DNA of 36,548 nucleotides, from the NCBI GenBank assembly GCA_964388985.1, contig CAYMCJ010000002.1, forward strand, positions 4,838 through 41,385, given 5' to 3'. A program made the position numbers and the translations under genes. How positions within the stretch are numbered: the stretch's first letter is position 1; every line of letters begins with the position of its first letter. The notes under the pieces are model-generated. The model searched no databases and had not been told where the DNA came from. It worked only from the letters and a program-made list of their open reading frames with translations. This document shows positions 1 through 9,166 of this stretch, piece after piece. This DNA comes from an uncultured Gammaproteobacteria bacterium (GTDB taxonomy: Bacteria; Patescibacteriota; Patescibacteriia; Patescibacteriales; CAYMCJ01).

Positions 1-116
1 TACCAACTGCTTGCCCGACCAATTGCAAAGCAATCTGGGCGGGAGCTACAACGGCTTATTTTACCAACTGCTTGCCCGACCAATTGCAAAGCAATCTGGG
101 CGGGAGCTACAACGGC
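1..116. repeat. Tandem pair of identical 55-bp units (1-55 and 62-116, spacer TTATTT). Each unit is a GC-rich imperfect hairpin with a GTAG head on the minus strand (REP-like).
   Basis: The two units are identical base for base. The minus strand reads GCCGTT-GTAG-CTCCCGCCCAGATTGC-TTT-GCAATTGGTCGGGCAAGC, which pairs into a stem of about 15 bp with bulges. The array is cut by the window edge. Confidence 0.85.
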
Positions 117-196
117 AAAATATAATTATAAAGTAAAAAATTATAAAGCTACAAAGTACTTATATCTTAACTTTATAAACTTTATAACTTTTTACT

Positions 197-1006
197 TTAT
201 AACTCATCAATCTGTTCTTTAAATTCTTCTAATTTATTATTCTCAAAATTTGCCTTTTTCAATTTATCATAAAAATTCGTAGCCAAAATTTTATCCTTAT
301 TAATTATACTTATCTCCAGGCCGATGTCAAGATACCTTGGATTATTTGGCTCTATTTCCAGCGCCTTGTCAATATTGGCTAAAGCTTCGGTTAATTTTTT
401 GGTCTCATAATCTATCAAAGCCAAATTAAAATAAATTTCAGCGATTTTTTCATCATTCTTGCCTTTTTCTTCCTGTCCATCGCTTGATTCAACCAACTTT
501 ATAATATGATTAAATGTCTCTACCGCTTCTTCATAATTTTTCCCCCTAAAATACAGCTGTCCCAATTCTTCAAAAGCTTTTATGTTTTTGCTGTCAAGAC
601 CGATAATTTCAATAAAAATTTTTTCCGCCGAATCAAGGTCGTCATTTTTAATTAATTTATCCGCTTCAATATAAAGTTCTTTTATTCTCTTCTCTTTATC
701 ACCCAATGATATAACCGCTTCATTCTTATACGAATCTTTTAATTTAAGTAATTTATTATAAATTGATTTAAAAAAAACGCTGAGTTGCTGGGTTAATATT
801 CTTGAAATTTTTATAAATTTAGTAAACCATTTAAAAATATTTCTCTTTAAACGATTGCTTATAATTCGCTCTTTGAATTTCGCTTCCTTTTCCGCCTGAA
901 TATTATCCACGTCAAGACTGGCTAGGGCGGAAAATTTTCTTAATACAATAACAATTATTATACATAAACTTATTAATATTAATACTAATGGAATAACATT
1001 ATACAT
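197..1006 (-). CDS. TPR-like repeat protein with N-terminal transmembrane anchor
   Basis: 269-aa ORF. A hydrophobic N-terminal helix (VIPLVLILISLCIIIVIVL) is followed by helical repeats with TPR-like spacing (AFEELGQLYFRGKNYEEAVETFNHIIKL, AEIYFNLALIDYETKKLTEALANIDKALEIEPNNP). Confidence 0.65.
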   Translation of the reverse strand: MYNVIPLVLILISLCIIIVIVLRKFSALASLDVDNIQAEKEAKFKERIISNRLKRNIFKWFTKFIKISRILTQQLSVFFKSIYNKLLKLKDSYKNEAVISLGDKEKRIKELYIEADKLIKNDDLDSAEKIFIEIIGLDSKNIKAFEELGQLYFRGKNYEEAVETFNHIIKLVESSDGQEEKGKNDEKIAEIYFNLALIDYETKKLTEALANIDKALEIEPNNPRYLDIGLEISIINKDKILATNFYDKLKKANFENNKLEEFKEQIDEL

Positions 1007-1141
1007 ATAGTTAATTACAACTATTTACTACCATTTACAATAAATTACTTGGTGATTAAAAGTAAAAAATATAATTAATTGTAAATAGGTAAATAATCTA
1101 TTATTCGTATATTTGTACTTAATTCGTAATTTGTAATAGTA

Positions 1142-2017
1142 TTATGTCTCAATTTCTCCAATTTCAACCTTGCCGGCGCTATCAAACAATTTCATTTTTT
1201 TAATAACAACTTTTTCCACGGCCTCAATAGTGGGCTTAAGCAAAACCCGCGGGTCTATTTCTTTTTTGTTTTTTAAACAACTGTTAATTAAAGCCGAGCA
1301 AAAGGCAACCTTGATATCCGTTCCGATATTAATAACATTCACCCCGGCTTTTATTGCTCTTTTAATTTTTTCATCGTCAACCCCCGAGCCGCCGTGCAAA
1401 ACAAACGGTTTTTTAACATTTAACTTTATTTTCTTTAACAAAGGAAAATTTATATCCTCATTTTGATAAATGCCGTGCGCCGTCCCGATAGCGGCCGCTA
1501 TTGTGTCAATTTTTGTAGCTTTGACAAATTTAATAACCTCTTCGGGGTTAGCCAGAGGAATTTTTTCTTTTGTTTTTTCCCCCACTTTATAACTCCCGGC
1601 TATTGACCCTATTTCTCCCTGCACCCAGACTCCTCTGGCATGGGCAACTTCAACAATTCTTTTTGTTAAATTAATATTCTCATCCAAGGGCAAATTTGAA
1701 GCATCAATATGCACCGAAGTAAAACCGGCGTCAATACATTCAAAAACCGAATCAAAACTTTTTCCATGGTCTAAATGCAAAGCAATAGGAACCCCGGTCG
1801 CAATATTTTTAGCTATCGTTGAAACTATATGGGTGATGGGCTTAAGGCCCATATATTTTATAGCGCCTTCTGAAACCTGAATAATGGCCGGAGATTTTGC
1901 TTTTAACGAGGCCCTGGCCACGGCTAAAGCGGACTCTAAATTATGAATATTAAAAGCTCCGACGGCATAACCCCCTTTTTGGGATTCTCTGACTATTTCT
2001 TTTATGTGTACAAGCAT
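1142..2017 (-). CDS. fba: Fructose-bisphosphate aldolase, class II
   Basis: 291 aa with GGYAVGAFN near the N-terminus, the HLDHG metal site and FVLHGGSG. Confidence 0.9.
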   Translation of the reverse strand: MLVHIKEIVRESQKGGYAVGAFNIHNLESALAVARASLKAKSPAIIQVSEGAIKYMGLKPITHIVSTIAKNIATGVPIALHLDHGKSFDSVFECIDAGFTSVHIDASNLPLDENINLTKRIVEVAHARGVWVQGEIGSIAGSYKVGEKTKEKIPLANPEEVIKFVKATKIDTIAAAIGTAHGIYQNEDINFPLLKKIKLNVKKPFVLHGGSGVDDEKIKRAIKAGVNVINIGTDIKVAFCSALINSCLKNKKEIDPRVLLKPTIEAVEKVVIKKMKLFDSAGKVEIGEIET

Positions 2018-2091
2018 AAGTTGGTTGCTTAGTTAATTAGCTAATTGACTAATTAGATAACCAATCAACCGCGTAACTAATTAACTAATTA

Positions 2092-2856
2092 CTATTTTAA
2101 TATCACCTTGGCTATCTTATAAAATTCATTAATATCCAAACTTGATGAACCTACCAATAATCCGTCAATATTTTCTATTTTTTTGAAATTTGACACGTTT
2201 TTACTTGATATGCTTCCCCCGTATATTATTTGAAAATTATTACTTACTGTTTTCATCCCAAACATATCATTTAATGTCAATTTAATAATTTTATGCGCGT
2301 ACTCCGCTTCGGACGGCTCAATGGCTATGCCGGAGCCGATAGCCCAAATCGGTTCATAGGCAACAATAATCAGCTGCTCTTTCATTATATTAATTCCGCC
2401 CAGCGCCTGCTGAAGCTGGTCAACCAAAACAAAATCCCTCTTGTCGGTCTTTCTGTCGTCGCTTTCTTCACCAATACAAACTATCGGAGTCAAACCTTTT
2501 ATATTTAGCACTTCCTTAACTGTTTTATGAATCATCTCGTAATTTAAAAGCAGATATTTTCGCCTTTCGCTATGGCCAATAATAACATATTCGCAACCGG
2601 CCTCAACCAGCATAGTCGGCGATGTTTCGCCCGTAAAAGCGCCGCTTTCTTCCCAGAAAACATCCTGCGCCCCTACTTTAATATTAGTATTTTTAAAAAT
2701 TTTTGCAATCTCATCTAAAACAATCATTGGCGGGCAAATTACTATTTCTCTGCTTTTAAAATTTTTAAATTTTGTCTTGGCTTTAATTGCTAATTTTATA
2801 CTTTCTTTCAAGGAAAGCTTCATTTTCCAATTAGCAACAACTATCTTATTCTTCAT
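2092..2856 (-). CDS. tpiA: Triosephosphate isomerase
   Basis: Motifs VVANWKMK, GHSERR and AYEPIWAIGSG; 254 aa. Confidence 0.95.
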   Translation of the reverse strand: MKNKIVVANWKMKLSLKESIKLAIKAKTKFKNFKSREIVICPPMIVLDEIAKIFKNTNIKVGAQDVFWEESGAFTGETSPTMLVEAGCEYVIIGHSERRKYLLLNYEMIHKTVKEVLNIKGLTPIVCIGEESDDRKTDKRDFVLVDQLQQALGGINIMKEQLIIVAYEPIWAIGSGIAIEPSEAEYAHKIIKLTLNDMFGMKTVSNNFQIIYGGSISSKNVSNFKKIENIDGLLVGSSSLDINEFYKIAKVILK

Positions 2857-2959
2857 AATTAAAATTATATCACTTAAATTAACATTTATAAATATCTATG
2901 GAACTATCGCCAGATAACCGGCTTGACTATATTCTTTAAAAGGAAAAATAAGGTTAACC

Positions 2960-4024
2960 TTACCTATAATTATTATACGCCCACTCCACTAATTCCCTTG
3001 TTTGAGTAAAGCGTCCATTTCCGCTTTCACTTCCCAATATTGCCGATACAACTTCAAAATCATCTTTCCCAATAAATTCTCCCACAAAGCAATACCCGGC
3101 CGCCTCGGTATAGCCGGTTTTCCCTCCGATAATATTAATATCATTGGGCGAAAAATTATCCAATAAATAATCGGTTGTATGAACATAAACTTTTCTCTGG
3201 CCCAAGGTATTAAAACTATATTCTTTTGTTATGGTCGCTTTCCGGATATCCTTAAAAGACAAAGCCGCCTTGGCTAACAAGGAAACCTCATAAGCGCTGG
3301 AAACATTGCCCGCATCAAGTCCGGTTGAATCCTTAAAATATGTATTTTTAAACCCCAATTGAGCTGATTTATTATTCATTTTTTCAACAAATTCTTCCTC
3401 GGTCAAGCCGGTTGATTTTACTAAAGCAATCGTGGCTGTATTGGCGGAACCGACTAAACTTAAATAAAATAAATCCTTTATTTTAACTTTTTCGCCCCAA
3501 AACAAATAAACTTTTCCGCCATCACGCCTGTCTTCTTTTTTAATTTCATAAATTTCATCCCAACCGGGATTGTTATCCAAAAAAACCAAAGCAGTCATTA
3601 ATTTTGTTATGCTGGCTATCGGAAATTCTTTATAAGCATCTTTACTAAACAATAAAGTACTGTCATTAAGGCTTATTATGGCGCCGCTTTTAGCAATAAT
3701 CTCAACCTCATTTGAATTTACAACCTTATTAATAGGAACTTCTTCCTTATTCTCGTCAACATTAAATTTTTTTTCATGATCCTTTATTAATAATGAAATA
3801 ATATCGGCTGTAATTCCCTCAATTTTTCCTCTAACATCTTCCGGAAACTCTAAAAAGATATTACTGTCCGCCTCCTGACTGTTTTCTTCCACCCCCAACA
3901 CCATCCCGCTATTATTTTTATCGCTGGCGCTAATATCTACTTCTGAATTAATATCTTTAACAATAAACCCAAAATTTAATATTAAGGTTGAAATTACTAT
4001 GCCGGCGGCGATTAACATCATCAT
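2960..4024 (-). CDS. Membrane-anchored D-alanyl-D-alanine carboxypeptidase (S11 / PBP5-like serine DD-peptidase)
   Basis: An N-terminal TM helix is followed by SxxK (ASITK), SxN (GSAN) and KTG (GKTGYT) motifs in the expected order. Confidence 0.8.
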   Translation of the reverse strand: MMMLIAAGIVISTLILNFGFIVKDINSEVDISASDKNNSGMVLGVEENSQEADSNIFLEFPEDVRGKIEGITADIISLLIKDHEKKFNVDENKEEVPINKVVNSNEVEIIAKSGAIISLNDSTLLFSKDAYKEFPIASITKLMTALVFLDNNPGWDEIYEIKKEDRRDGGKVYLFWGEKVKIKDLFYLSLVGSANTATIALVKSTGLTEEEFVEKMNNKSAQLGFKNTYFKDSTGLDAGNVSSAYEVSLLAKAALSFKDIRKATITKEYSFNTLGQRKVYVHTTDYLLDNFSPNDINIIGGKTGYTEAAGYCFVGEFIGKDDFEVVSAILGSESGNGRFTQTRELVEWAYNNYR

Positions 4025-4027
4025 ATA

Positions 4028-5233
4028 TTAATATTTATTAATTAAATAATTCCTGTTTTCCCAAAACAATTTAGCCTGCTCTGAAATTTCTGACTCGCAA
4101 ACCGTGAATGGCTTCTCAAGGGTTTCTTTAAAAAAACTAAGAGAACGACCAAAATACAAGGGCTTTAAAGCCTCAATTAACCCTCCGTTGGCATCCATTG
4201 TGTCATAAGCGTAAACCGCATCATAAACAATTTTTTGCCACAGGCCGCTATCAATTAAAATTTTTTCTTTATTATACATTCTTTTTAATTTTAAAAAAAC
4301 TCTGGGGCTCAAAATCCTTCTTAACATTTCTTCGTTCGCCCTAAAATTAAATATAGAGGTCGCCTTCATGCCCTTGTAATCCACGCTAACGGTCTGGGGT
4401 TTATCAAAATTTTTCCGGCCGAAAAAGGGTATTTCTTTTTCTTTATTTAAATTCCATTTATCCTTATTAAAAATTATATTTTTAAACAGGGTCGTAACCA
4501 CCTGGGAAAACATTGGCCCCAGCTTAGGCGCGCTTGGTTTATGAATTTTAGCTCCCAAGCCAACCTGCGCAATCTTAAATCCGCCTAAAACAGCGTTCAT
4601 GGTCATAAATATATCAATGCCATATTTAAAGGTTGTTTTGTGCCATTTTTGTTTTAGCCAATATTTGGCCAATTTTGTTGAAAAAGCAAAATCTCCGCCA
4701 ATCGGCTGCCTGATATTGCAACCGAATAAACCATAAATTAAAGGGTAACAAATATTATTGGTGATGGAGCCGTCGTATTCACTGCGGGCATAATATGGCG
4801 TAACATAATCATAGCCTTTTAAAATTAACTTCATAAATGAATTTATCCAGGCCGGTTTAATGCTTCTTAAATCAGCATCAACTACTGTTATTGCCCTGGC
4901 TTTTAAATCCACTACCTTATTAAATAAATTATAAAAATTATAACCCTTGCCCCTGATACTGTTGGGGGTTGAAATATAAATTTTGGGGGTTTTTGTTTTA
5001 GTCTCCAAAAATTTATCCTTGGTGCCATCCGTGGAATTATTGTCCAAATTAATAATGACGGAATTAAAATTTTTAAAATATTTAACTAATCCCTTGTCAA
5101 CCTGACCAACTACATATGAAATATTGTCCGCCTCATTAAAGGAAGGAATACCAACCACCAAATCAGCCTTTCTCACTCTTTCTTTATTTACAATAATATT
5201 TTTTTCTCTCTTGTAATTATTATTGTTTGCCAT
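4028..5233 (-). CDS. Glycosyltransferase, family 2-like (GT-A fold)
   Basis: VVGIPSFNEADNI near the N-terminus, DNNSTDGT, and a DxD-like VVDADL. Specificity is unknown. Confidence 0.6.
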   Translation of the reverse strand: MANNNNYKREKNIIVNKERVRKADLVVGIPSFNEADNISYVVGQVDKGLVKYFKNFNSVIINLDNNSTDGTKDKFLETKTKTPKIYISTPNSIRGKGYNFYNLFNKVVDLKARAITVVDADLRSIKPAWINSFMKLILKGYDYVTPYYARSEYDGSITNNICYPLIYGLFGCNIRQPIGGDFAFSTKLAKYWLKQKWHKTTFKYGIDIFMTMNAVLGGFKIAQVGLGAKIHKPSAPKLGPMFSQVVTTLFKNIIFNKDKWNLNKEKEIPFFGRKNFDKPQTVSVDYKGMKATSIFNFRANEEMLRRILSPRVFLKLKRMYNKEKILIDSGLWQKIVYDAVYAYDTMDANGGLIEALKPLYFGRSLSFFKETLEKPFTVCESEISEQAKLFWENRNYLINKY

Positions 5234-5297
5234 AATTTACCAAAATCCGAAAATATAGACAAATTAAATATTTGACGACATCTCTTATTAATAAATA

Positions 5298-5876
5298 TCA
5301 TTCCAAATTAATATCCGCGGTATTCTCCAAAACCCTGTCCAAAGTATCGTCTTTATGCAGTCTTTCATAGTCGGGTAAATTCTTAACATCATTTGCGCCC
5401 AAAAAACGAAGGAAATCAAAACTGATATTATAATATAATTCTTTCTTTTTTTTATCAAATTTAGATTCAATTAATCCTCTTAACAATAAATTTCTCAATA
5501 TTAAAGCGCAATTAACTCCCCTAATTCTGTCTAAATCAAACTTTGACACCGGTCCGCGATAAGCAATAATAGTTAATGTTTCCAGGCTTGGTCGGCTTAA
5601 CTCCCCCGTAGTTTCATCTTTAATATAATTTTTCACAACTCCCACATTCTCGGGCGAACTTACCATTTGATATTTATCGCTATTTTTAATAATTCGCATC
5701 CCATGTTTTTTATCTTTATAATCTTCAATTAATTCTTGACCGCCTTGATTGATTTCCTCGGTTGATTTATTTATTAAATCAGCCAATTGTTTAACTGACA
5801 TCGGCTTAGCGGAAATAAAAAGCAATGATTCAATTTTTGATTTCAATTCAATTATTCGATTGTTTAATTGTTTCAT
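5298..5876 (-). CDS. scpB: Segregation and condensation protein B
   Basis: ESLLFISAKPMSVKQLA and LETLTIIAYRGPVSKFDLDRIRGV winged-helix motifs; 192 aa. Confidence 0.85.
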   Translation of the reverse strand: MKQLNNRIIELKSKIESLLFISAKPMSVKQLADLINKSTEEINQGGQELIEDYKDKKHGMRIIKNSDKYQMVSSPENVGVVKNYIKDETTGELSRPSLETLTIIAYRGPVSKFDLDRIRGVNCALILRNLLLRGLIESKFDKKKKELYYNISFDFLRFLGANDVKNLPDYERLHKDDTLDRVLENTADINLE

Positions 5877-5970
5877 AGCTGGTTCACTTTTTTAAAGTTA
5901 TATTAGTATATTTGATAAGTTGGTTTAATAACTTAGGCAATTTTTGTAATTCACAAAAAATATAATTATA

Positions 5971-6261
5971 TTATTTTTCGGTTAATAATTTTCTTATTCT
6001 GGCTTTCTCATTCCAATCAAACCCTTCCTTAATTGATCCATAGCTATAACGATAAAACTTCACTTTATCTTTTTTAGAATATCTCCCAAATCCTTCTGCT
6101 ATATTGGCCGAGACAGAATCAATAGCTCTTATAAATTGAATGCCAACTATACTTTTTGGGAAATAATCCCATTCTACAAAAATATTCCAAATATAATTTG
6201 ATAAATGAAAAGAAATTCTATAAGCGTCTATATCATTTAATTGTAAATAATTTTTCTCCAT
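5971..6261 (-). CDS. Four-helix-bundle protein (23S rRNA intervening-sequence protein / Avd-like family), C-terminally short
   Basis: ORF 5971..6282 trimmed to the ATG at 6261. SVSANIAEGFGRYSKKDKVKFYRYSYGSIKE matches the family signature. The protein ends about 20 aa earlier than I expect for the family. Confidence 0.7.
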   Translation of the reverse strand: MEKNYLQLNDIDAYRISFHLSNYIWNIFVEWDYFPKSIVGIQFIRAIDSVSANIAEGFGRYSKKDKVKFYRYSYGSIKEGFDWNEKARIRKLLTEK

Positions 6262-6297
6262 AACAATGGAACAATCGGACAATAAAACAACCGAACT

Positions 6298-7029
6298 CTA
6301 TATTTTACTTATTTCCATCTCTCTAAACAGGCCACTCTGGCTAACAGTAATATCTCTTTGTTTAATTAACTCAAGTAAAGCCAGGAAACTCACAATAATC
6401 TCTGTTTTGGACTTTGAATTATGCAATATTTTATTAAAATTAACTTTTATTTTATTTATTAAAATATTCTGGATGGAAGCTATTTTATCCTCAATGTTCA
6501 CCTTGTATTCTATTATATCTTCCTTTAATTTGTCCTCAACCGGCTTAATTTTTTTTAATAAATCCTTATAAAGATTGCCTAAATCGTTTATTTTTAAATT
6601 TTTGGGGGGCGAAAAGATATTCTCGCCGGCCAAAGCATTAATATTGGCTGACAAAATACTCTTTTTATTAAATTCACGGGCAAACATAAACCTTTTTCTT
6701 TTCAGCATTTTTTCAATCTCTTTGGCCGCCTCTAAAAATTCTTTATACATTTTTAACTGGTTTTCCAATTCAATAAATTCCTCTTCATCATCATTCTGAT
6801 ATAAATAGGGCAATAAGGCTTTTGATTTGATAAGCAATAATTTCGCGGCTACAACCAAAAAATCCGCGGTTTTTTCCGGATTAATCTGATTTAATTTGGC
6901 AATATATTCTACATACTGGTCGGCGATTTTTGCCAAACTTATTTCCGTAATATCCATCTCCTCCTTTTCAATAATCTTTAAAAGCAAATCCAATGGCCCC
7001 TCAAATTTATCAATTTTGATATTGAGCAT
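6298..7029 (-). CDS. scpA: Segregation and condensation protein A
   Basis: N-terminal FEGPLDLLLKIIEKEEMDITEISLAKIADQY; 243 aa. Confidence 0.9.
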   Translation of the reverse strand: MLNIKIDKFEGPLDLLLKIIEKEEMDITEISLAKIADQYVEYIAKLNQINPEKTADFLVVAAKLLLIKSKALLPYLYQNDDEEEFIELENQLKMYKEFLEAAKEIEKMLKRKRFMFAREFNKKSILSANINALAGENIFSPPKNLKINDLGNLYKDLLKKIKPVEDKLKEDIIEYKVNIEDKIASIQNILINKIKVNFNKILHNSKSKTEIIVSFLALLELIKQRDITVSQSGLFREMEISKI

Positions 7030-7095
7030 AACTTAGATGAATAAAAACGCGCTCATTATTTATAAAAAAATCTTCAATTCACATTTATTAAATTC

Positions 7096-7571
7096 CTAAT
7101 TCACCTAATTTCTAATTCCTAATAAAATTTAAAATTCAATAATACTAAATTCAATTAATTATCTTATTTTTCTCTGTATTTTTCGCATTTTTAATAATAG
7201 TGGTAAAAATTAAATTAAGCTCATGGCCTTCTTTCCAAAGTTTGCGCGCTTCCGAGGCATAATTTGGACAAGCCTTAGTTGACATACGAAGAAAATGCTT
7301 GGTTTCTTTTGCCTCTTTATTGGCGATAGCCATTTTATGAATAAAATCCTTATTACTCTCAGCACAATCAGCTTCACAATAATTAGAGCCTACTGCCGTG
7401 CCTGCTCCCACTAACTGCGGAATAATACGCTTAGTAATATAATTTACCGGCAACTTTTTGCTGAATCCAATTATGTCTTCGCCAAATTTAGCTGTTCTTT
7501 CTTCTAAATCATATTTCCGTTTTATTTCCTCCTTAGACATTTTTAATTTTATTAGAAATTAGGTGAATTAG
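7096..7571. repeat. Perfect 21-bp inverted repeats (7096-7116 and 7551-7571) bracketing the four-helix-bundle gene
   Basis: CTAATTCACCTAATTTCTAAT at 7096-7116 is the exact reverse complement of ATTAGAAATTAGGTGAATTAG at 7551-7571. AAATT lies on both outer sides (7090-7094 and 7572-7576). Confidence 0.85.
7151..7540 (-). CDS. Four-helix-bundle protein (23S rRNA intervening-sequence protein / Avd-like family)
   Basis: 129 aa. VGAGTAVGSNYCEADCAESNKDFIHKMAIANKEAKETKHFLRM matches the family signature. Confidence 0.7.
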   Translation of the reverse strand: MSKEEIKRKYDLEERTAKFGEDIIGFSKKLPVNYITKRIIPQLVGAGTAVGSNYCEADCAESNKDFIHKMAIANKEAKETKHFLRMSTKACPNYASEARKLWKEGHELNLIFTTIIKNAKNTEKNKIIN

Positions 7572-7581
7572 AAATTAAAAA

Positions 7582-8193
7582 TTAATTAGTTTTTCTATTC
7601 TTCCTTGCAGATTTTTTCTTTTTAACGCTTTCAGCCTTTACCACTTTTACTTTCTTTTTTACCCCAAAACTTCCCAAAACCGCATTTTCCAATTTTACAA
7701 AATCCTTAACCGCCATTTCAACCGAATGATTAAAACTGCCGGAAGAAAATACTGCTTTTTTAACCTTGACCAGACCCTTGTCCATAATCACGGGCAATTT
7801 ATGAAGGCCGCCGAAAGCGCTCATAACGCCGGCTTTAATTTTTAACAACTCTTCCATAACCTTTTCGCCCGGAATTTTAACTACTTTGACCTTTTGGCCG
7901 GTTTGCATACCAATACAAGTTCCTAATTTTTTAAAATCCAAATTATAATCCGCCGGCAATAATACTAAAAAATAATCTTTATCCGCCTTTATTAGCAAAG
8001 ATTTAGCGATTTCCCCCATTTTTTTCTTCATAGTGGTAGCGGCATCAAACGCGGTATAAACCGTTCTATGCTCTAATATTTTATGATTAACCCCGGCTTT
8101 TTCCAAATATTTGGCAACTTTAGCGGGAAATTTTGTTTTTTTATTTGCGCGGGCAGTCTTAATAGTGCCACATTTTATTACTTTCTTGACCAT
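7582..8193 (-). CDS. YbaK/EbsC-like aminoacyl-tRNA deacylase domain protein with Lys-rich termini
   Basis: The core (HRTVYTAFDAA...KSLLIKADKDYFLVLLPADYNLDFKKLG...AFGG...VIMDKGL) resembles the YbaK/ProRS editing fold. The C-terminus is a K-rich tail. Confidence 0.65.
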   Translation of the reverse strand: MVKKVIKCGTIKTARANKKTKFPAKVAKYLEKAGVNHKILEHRTVYTAFDAATTMKKKMGEIAKSLLIKADKDYFLVLLPADYNLDFKKLGTCIGMQTGQKVKVVKIPGEKVMEELLKIKAGVMSAFGGLHKLPVIMDKGLVKVKKAVFSSGSFNHSVEMAVKDFVKLENAVLGSFGVKKKVKVVKAESVKKKKSARKNRKTN

Positions 8194-8384
8194 ATCTTTA
8201 TTAAAAATTAAAAATTATTTAAAAATTAAAAATTAAAAAATTTATCAACACCTCATACCCATATTATACCCTATCCTTATATTTATAGCAAAAAAAAATA
8301 AGATAAATAAAAATAAAAAGGGGGATATTATTAAACTTCTCATCTTATTTTCTTATTTATCTTTTTATTCTTATTTCTATAAAA

Positions 8385-8414
8385 AACCGGCTTCACTAAA
8401 AGTAAAAACCGGTT
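8385..8414 (-). terminator. Possible intrinsic terminator downstream of pyrE
   Basis: Minus strand reads AACCGG-(18 nt loop)-CCGGTT followed by TTTTAT. The short stem and large loop make it weak. Confidence 0.3.
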
Positions 8415-8444
8415 AAAATAGACAAAAATCTGGCATGGACATAA

Positions 8445-9107
8445 TCAACTGCTTTGAATATATTTCATGCACTCCCTGAATTTTTCAACAGTAATCTGGC
8501 CTGTTATCTTGTAGTACTCCAATAGTTCCCTAACTGCAAAAGCAGCAACCAGATTACGGCCAGATTGCGCAAGCCCCTCTTTCCCGCCTTGTTGACGGTC
8601 AAGTAAAACCACCAAATCGCGGACCACTGAACCCTGAGATTCAATAGCATCAATGGCCTCATTTTTTGAATCCGCTTTTGTAACAAGATCGTCAATAAGC
8701 AACACGACTTCGCTCGGGCGGTATTCAAATCCCGACAAAGGCACTATTTTTCGTTTTCCATCTTTTTCAAACTTTGCCAGTTTGATGACCCGAAAACCTC
8801 GCGGAGAAGGAACAATTCTTTCTATGGCTTCAACAATCGGGTCCCCGGCATAGGGAATACCAGCAATTGCTTGAAAAGTCAACCCGCTTTTAAGTATCAC
8901 TTCCCATAAACATTGCGCGATTAAATCGCAGTCAGAGACTGTTAACAGCCCCGGCTTGGTTGGATTATCCGCGGTTCTAAGATCAATATAAAACGGGGAC
9001 AAAGGAGCATCTGGATTTTTCTCATGAAGCTTTAGTTTAAATGCTCCAAATTTAAAAGCCCCTCTTTCAAGTATCATATCGGCCACTTCCGCATGCAATC
9101 TTTCCAT
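8445..9107 (-). CDS. pyrE: Orotate phosphoribosyltransferase
   Basis: ORF trimmed to the ATG at 9107, preceded by AGGAGG (complement of 9117-9122). Contains SPFYIDLR and the PRTase motif VVLLIDDLVTKADS. Confidence 0.8.
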   Translation of the reverse strand: MERLHAEVADMILERGAFKFGAFKLKLHEKNPDAPLSPFYIDLRTADNPTKPGLLTVSDCDLIAQCLWEVILKSGLTFQAIAGIPYAGDPIVEAIERIVPSPRGFRVIKLAKFEKDGKRKIVPLSGFEYRPSEVVLLIDDLVTKADSKNEAIDAIESQGSVVRDLVVLLDRQQGGKEGLAQSGRNLVAAFAVRELLEYYKITGQITVEKFRECMKYIQSS

Positions 9108-9166
9108 CTTTTTAAACCTCCTTCTAAATCTTAACCCCAACCAAAAGGTCGAGGGCTGGGTTGCTA

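Noticed and set aside
1-116. CRISPR array at the window start
   Set aside because: The two identical units are 55 nt long and separated by only 6 nt. CRISPR spacers are roughly repeat-sized and unique. No cas genes are present in the window.
1-116. tRNA gene or tRNA fragment: the minus strand begins GCCGTTGTAGCTC and ends CAGTTGGTA, reminiscent of a tRNA acceptor and D-arm
   Set aside because: There is no anticodon arm, T-arm (GTTCRANYC) or 3' acceptor complement. The unit folds as a single long hairpin instead, so the resemblance is probably coincidental.
5971-7540. Diversity-generating retroelement, suggested by Avd-like four-helix-bundle genes
   Set aside because: The window has no reverse transcriptase ORF and no template/variable repeat pair. 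The family also occurs as stand-alone genes.
8194-8380. AAAAATT heptamer runs and CTTATTT-type low-complexity repeats upstream of the YbaK-like gene, considered as a discrete element
   Set aside because: Only loose, register-ambiguous repeats are visible. I could not define boundaries or a convincing inverted repeat. They are folded into the general observation on spacer repeats.
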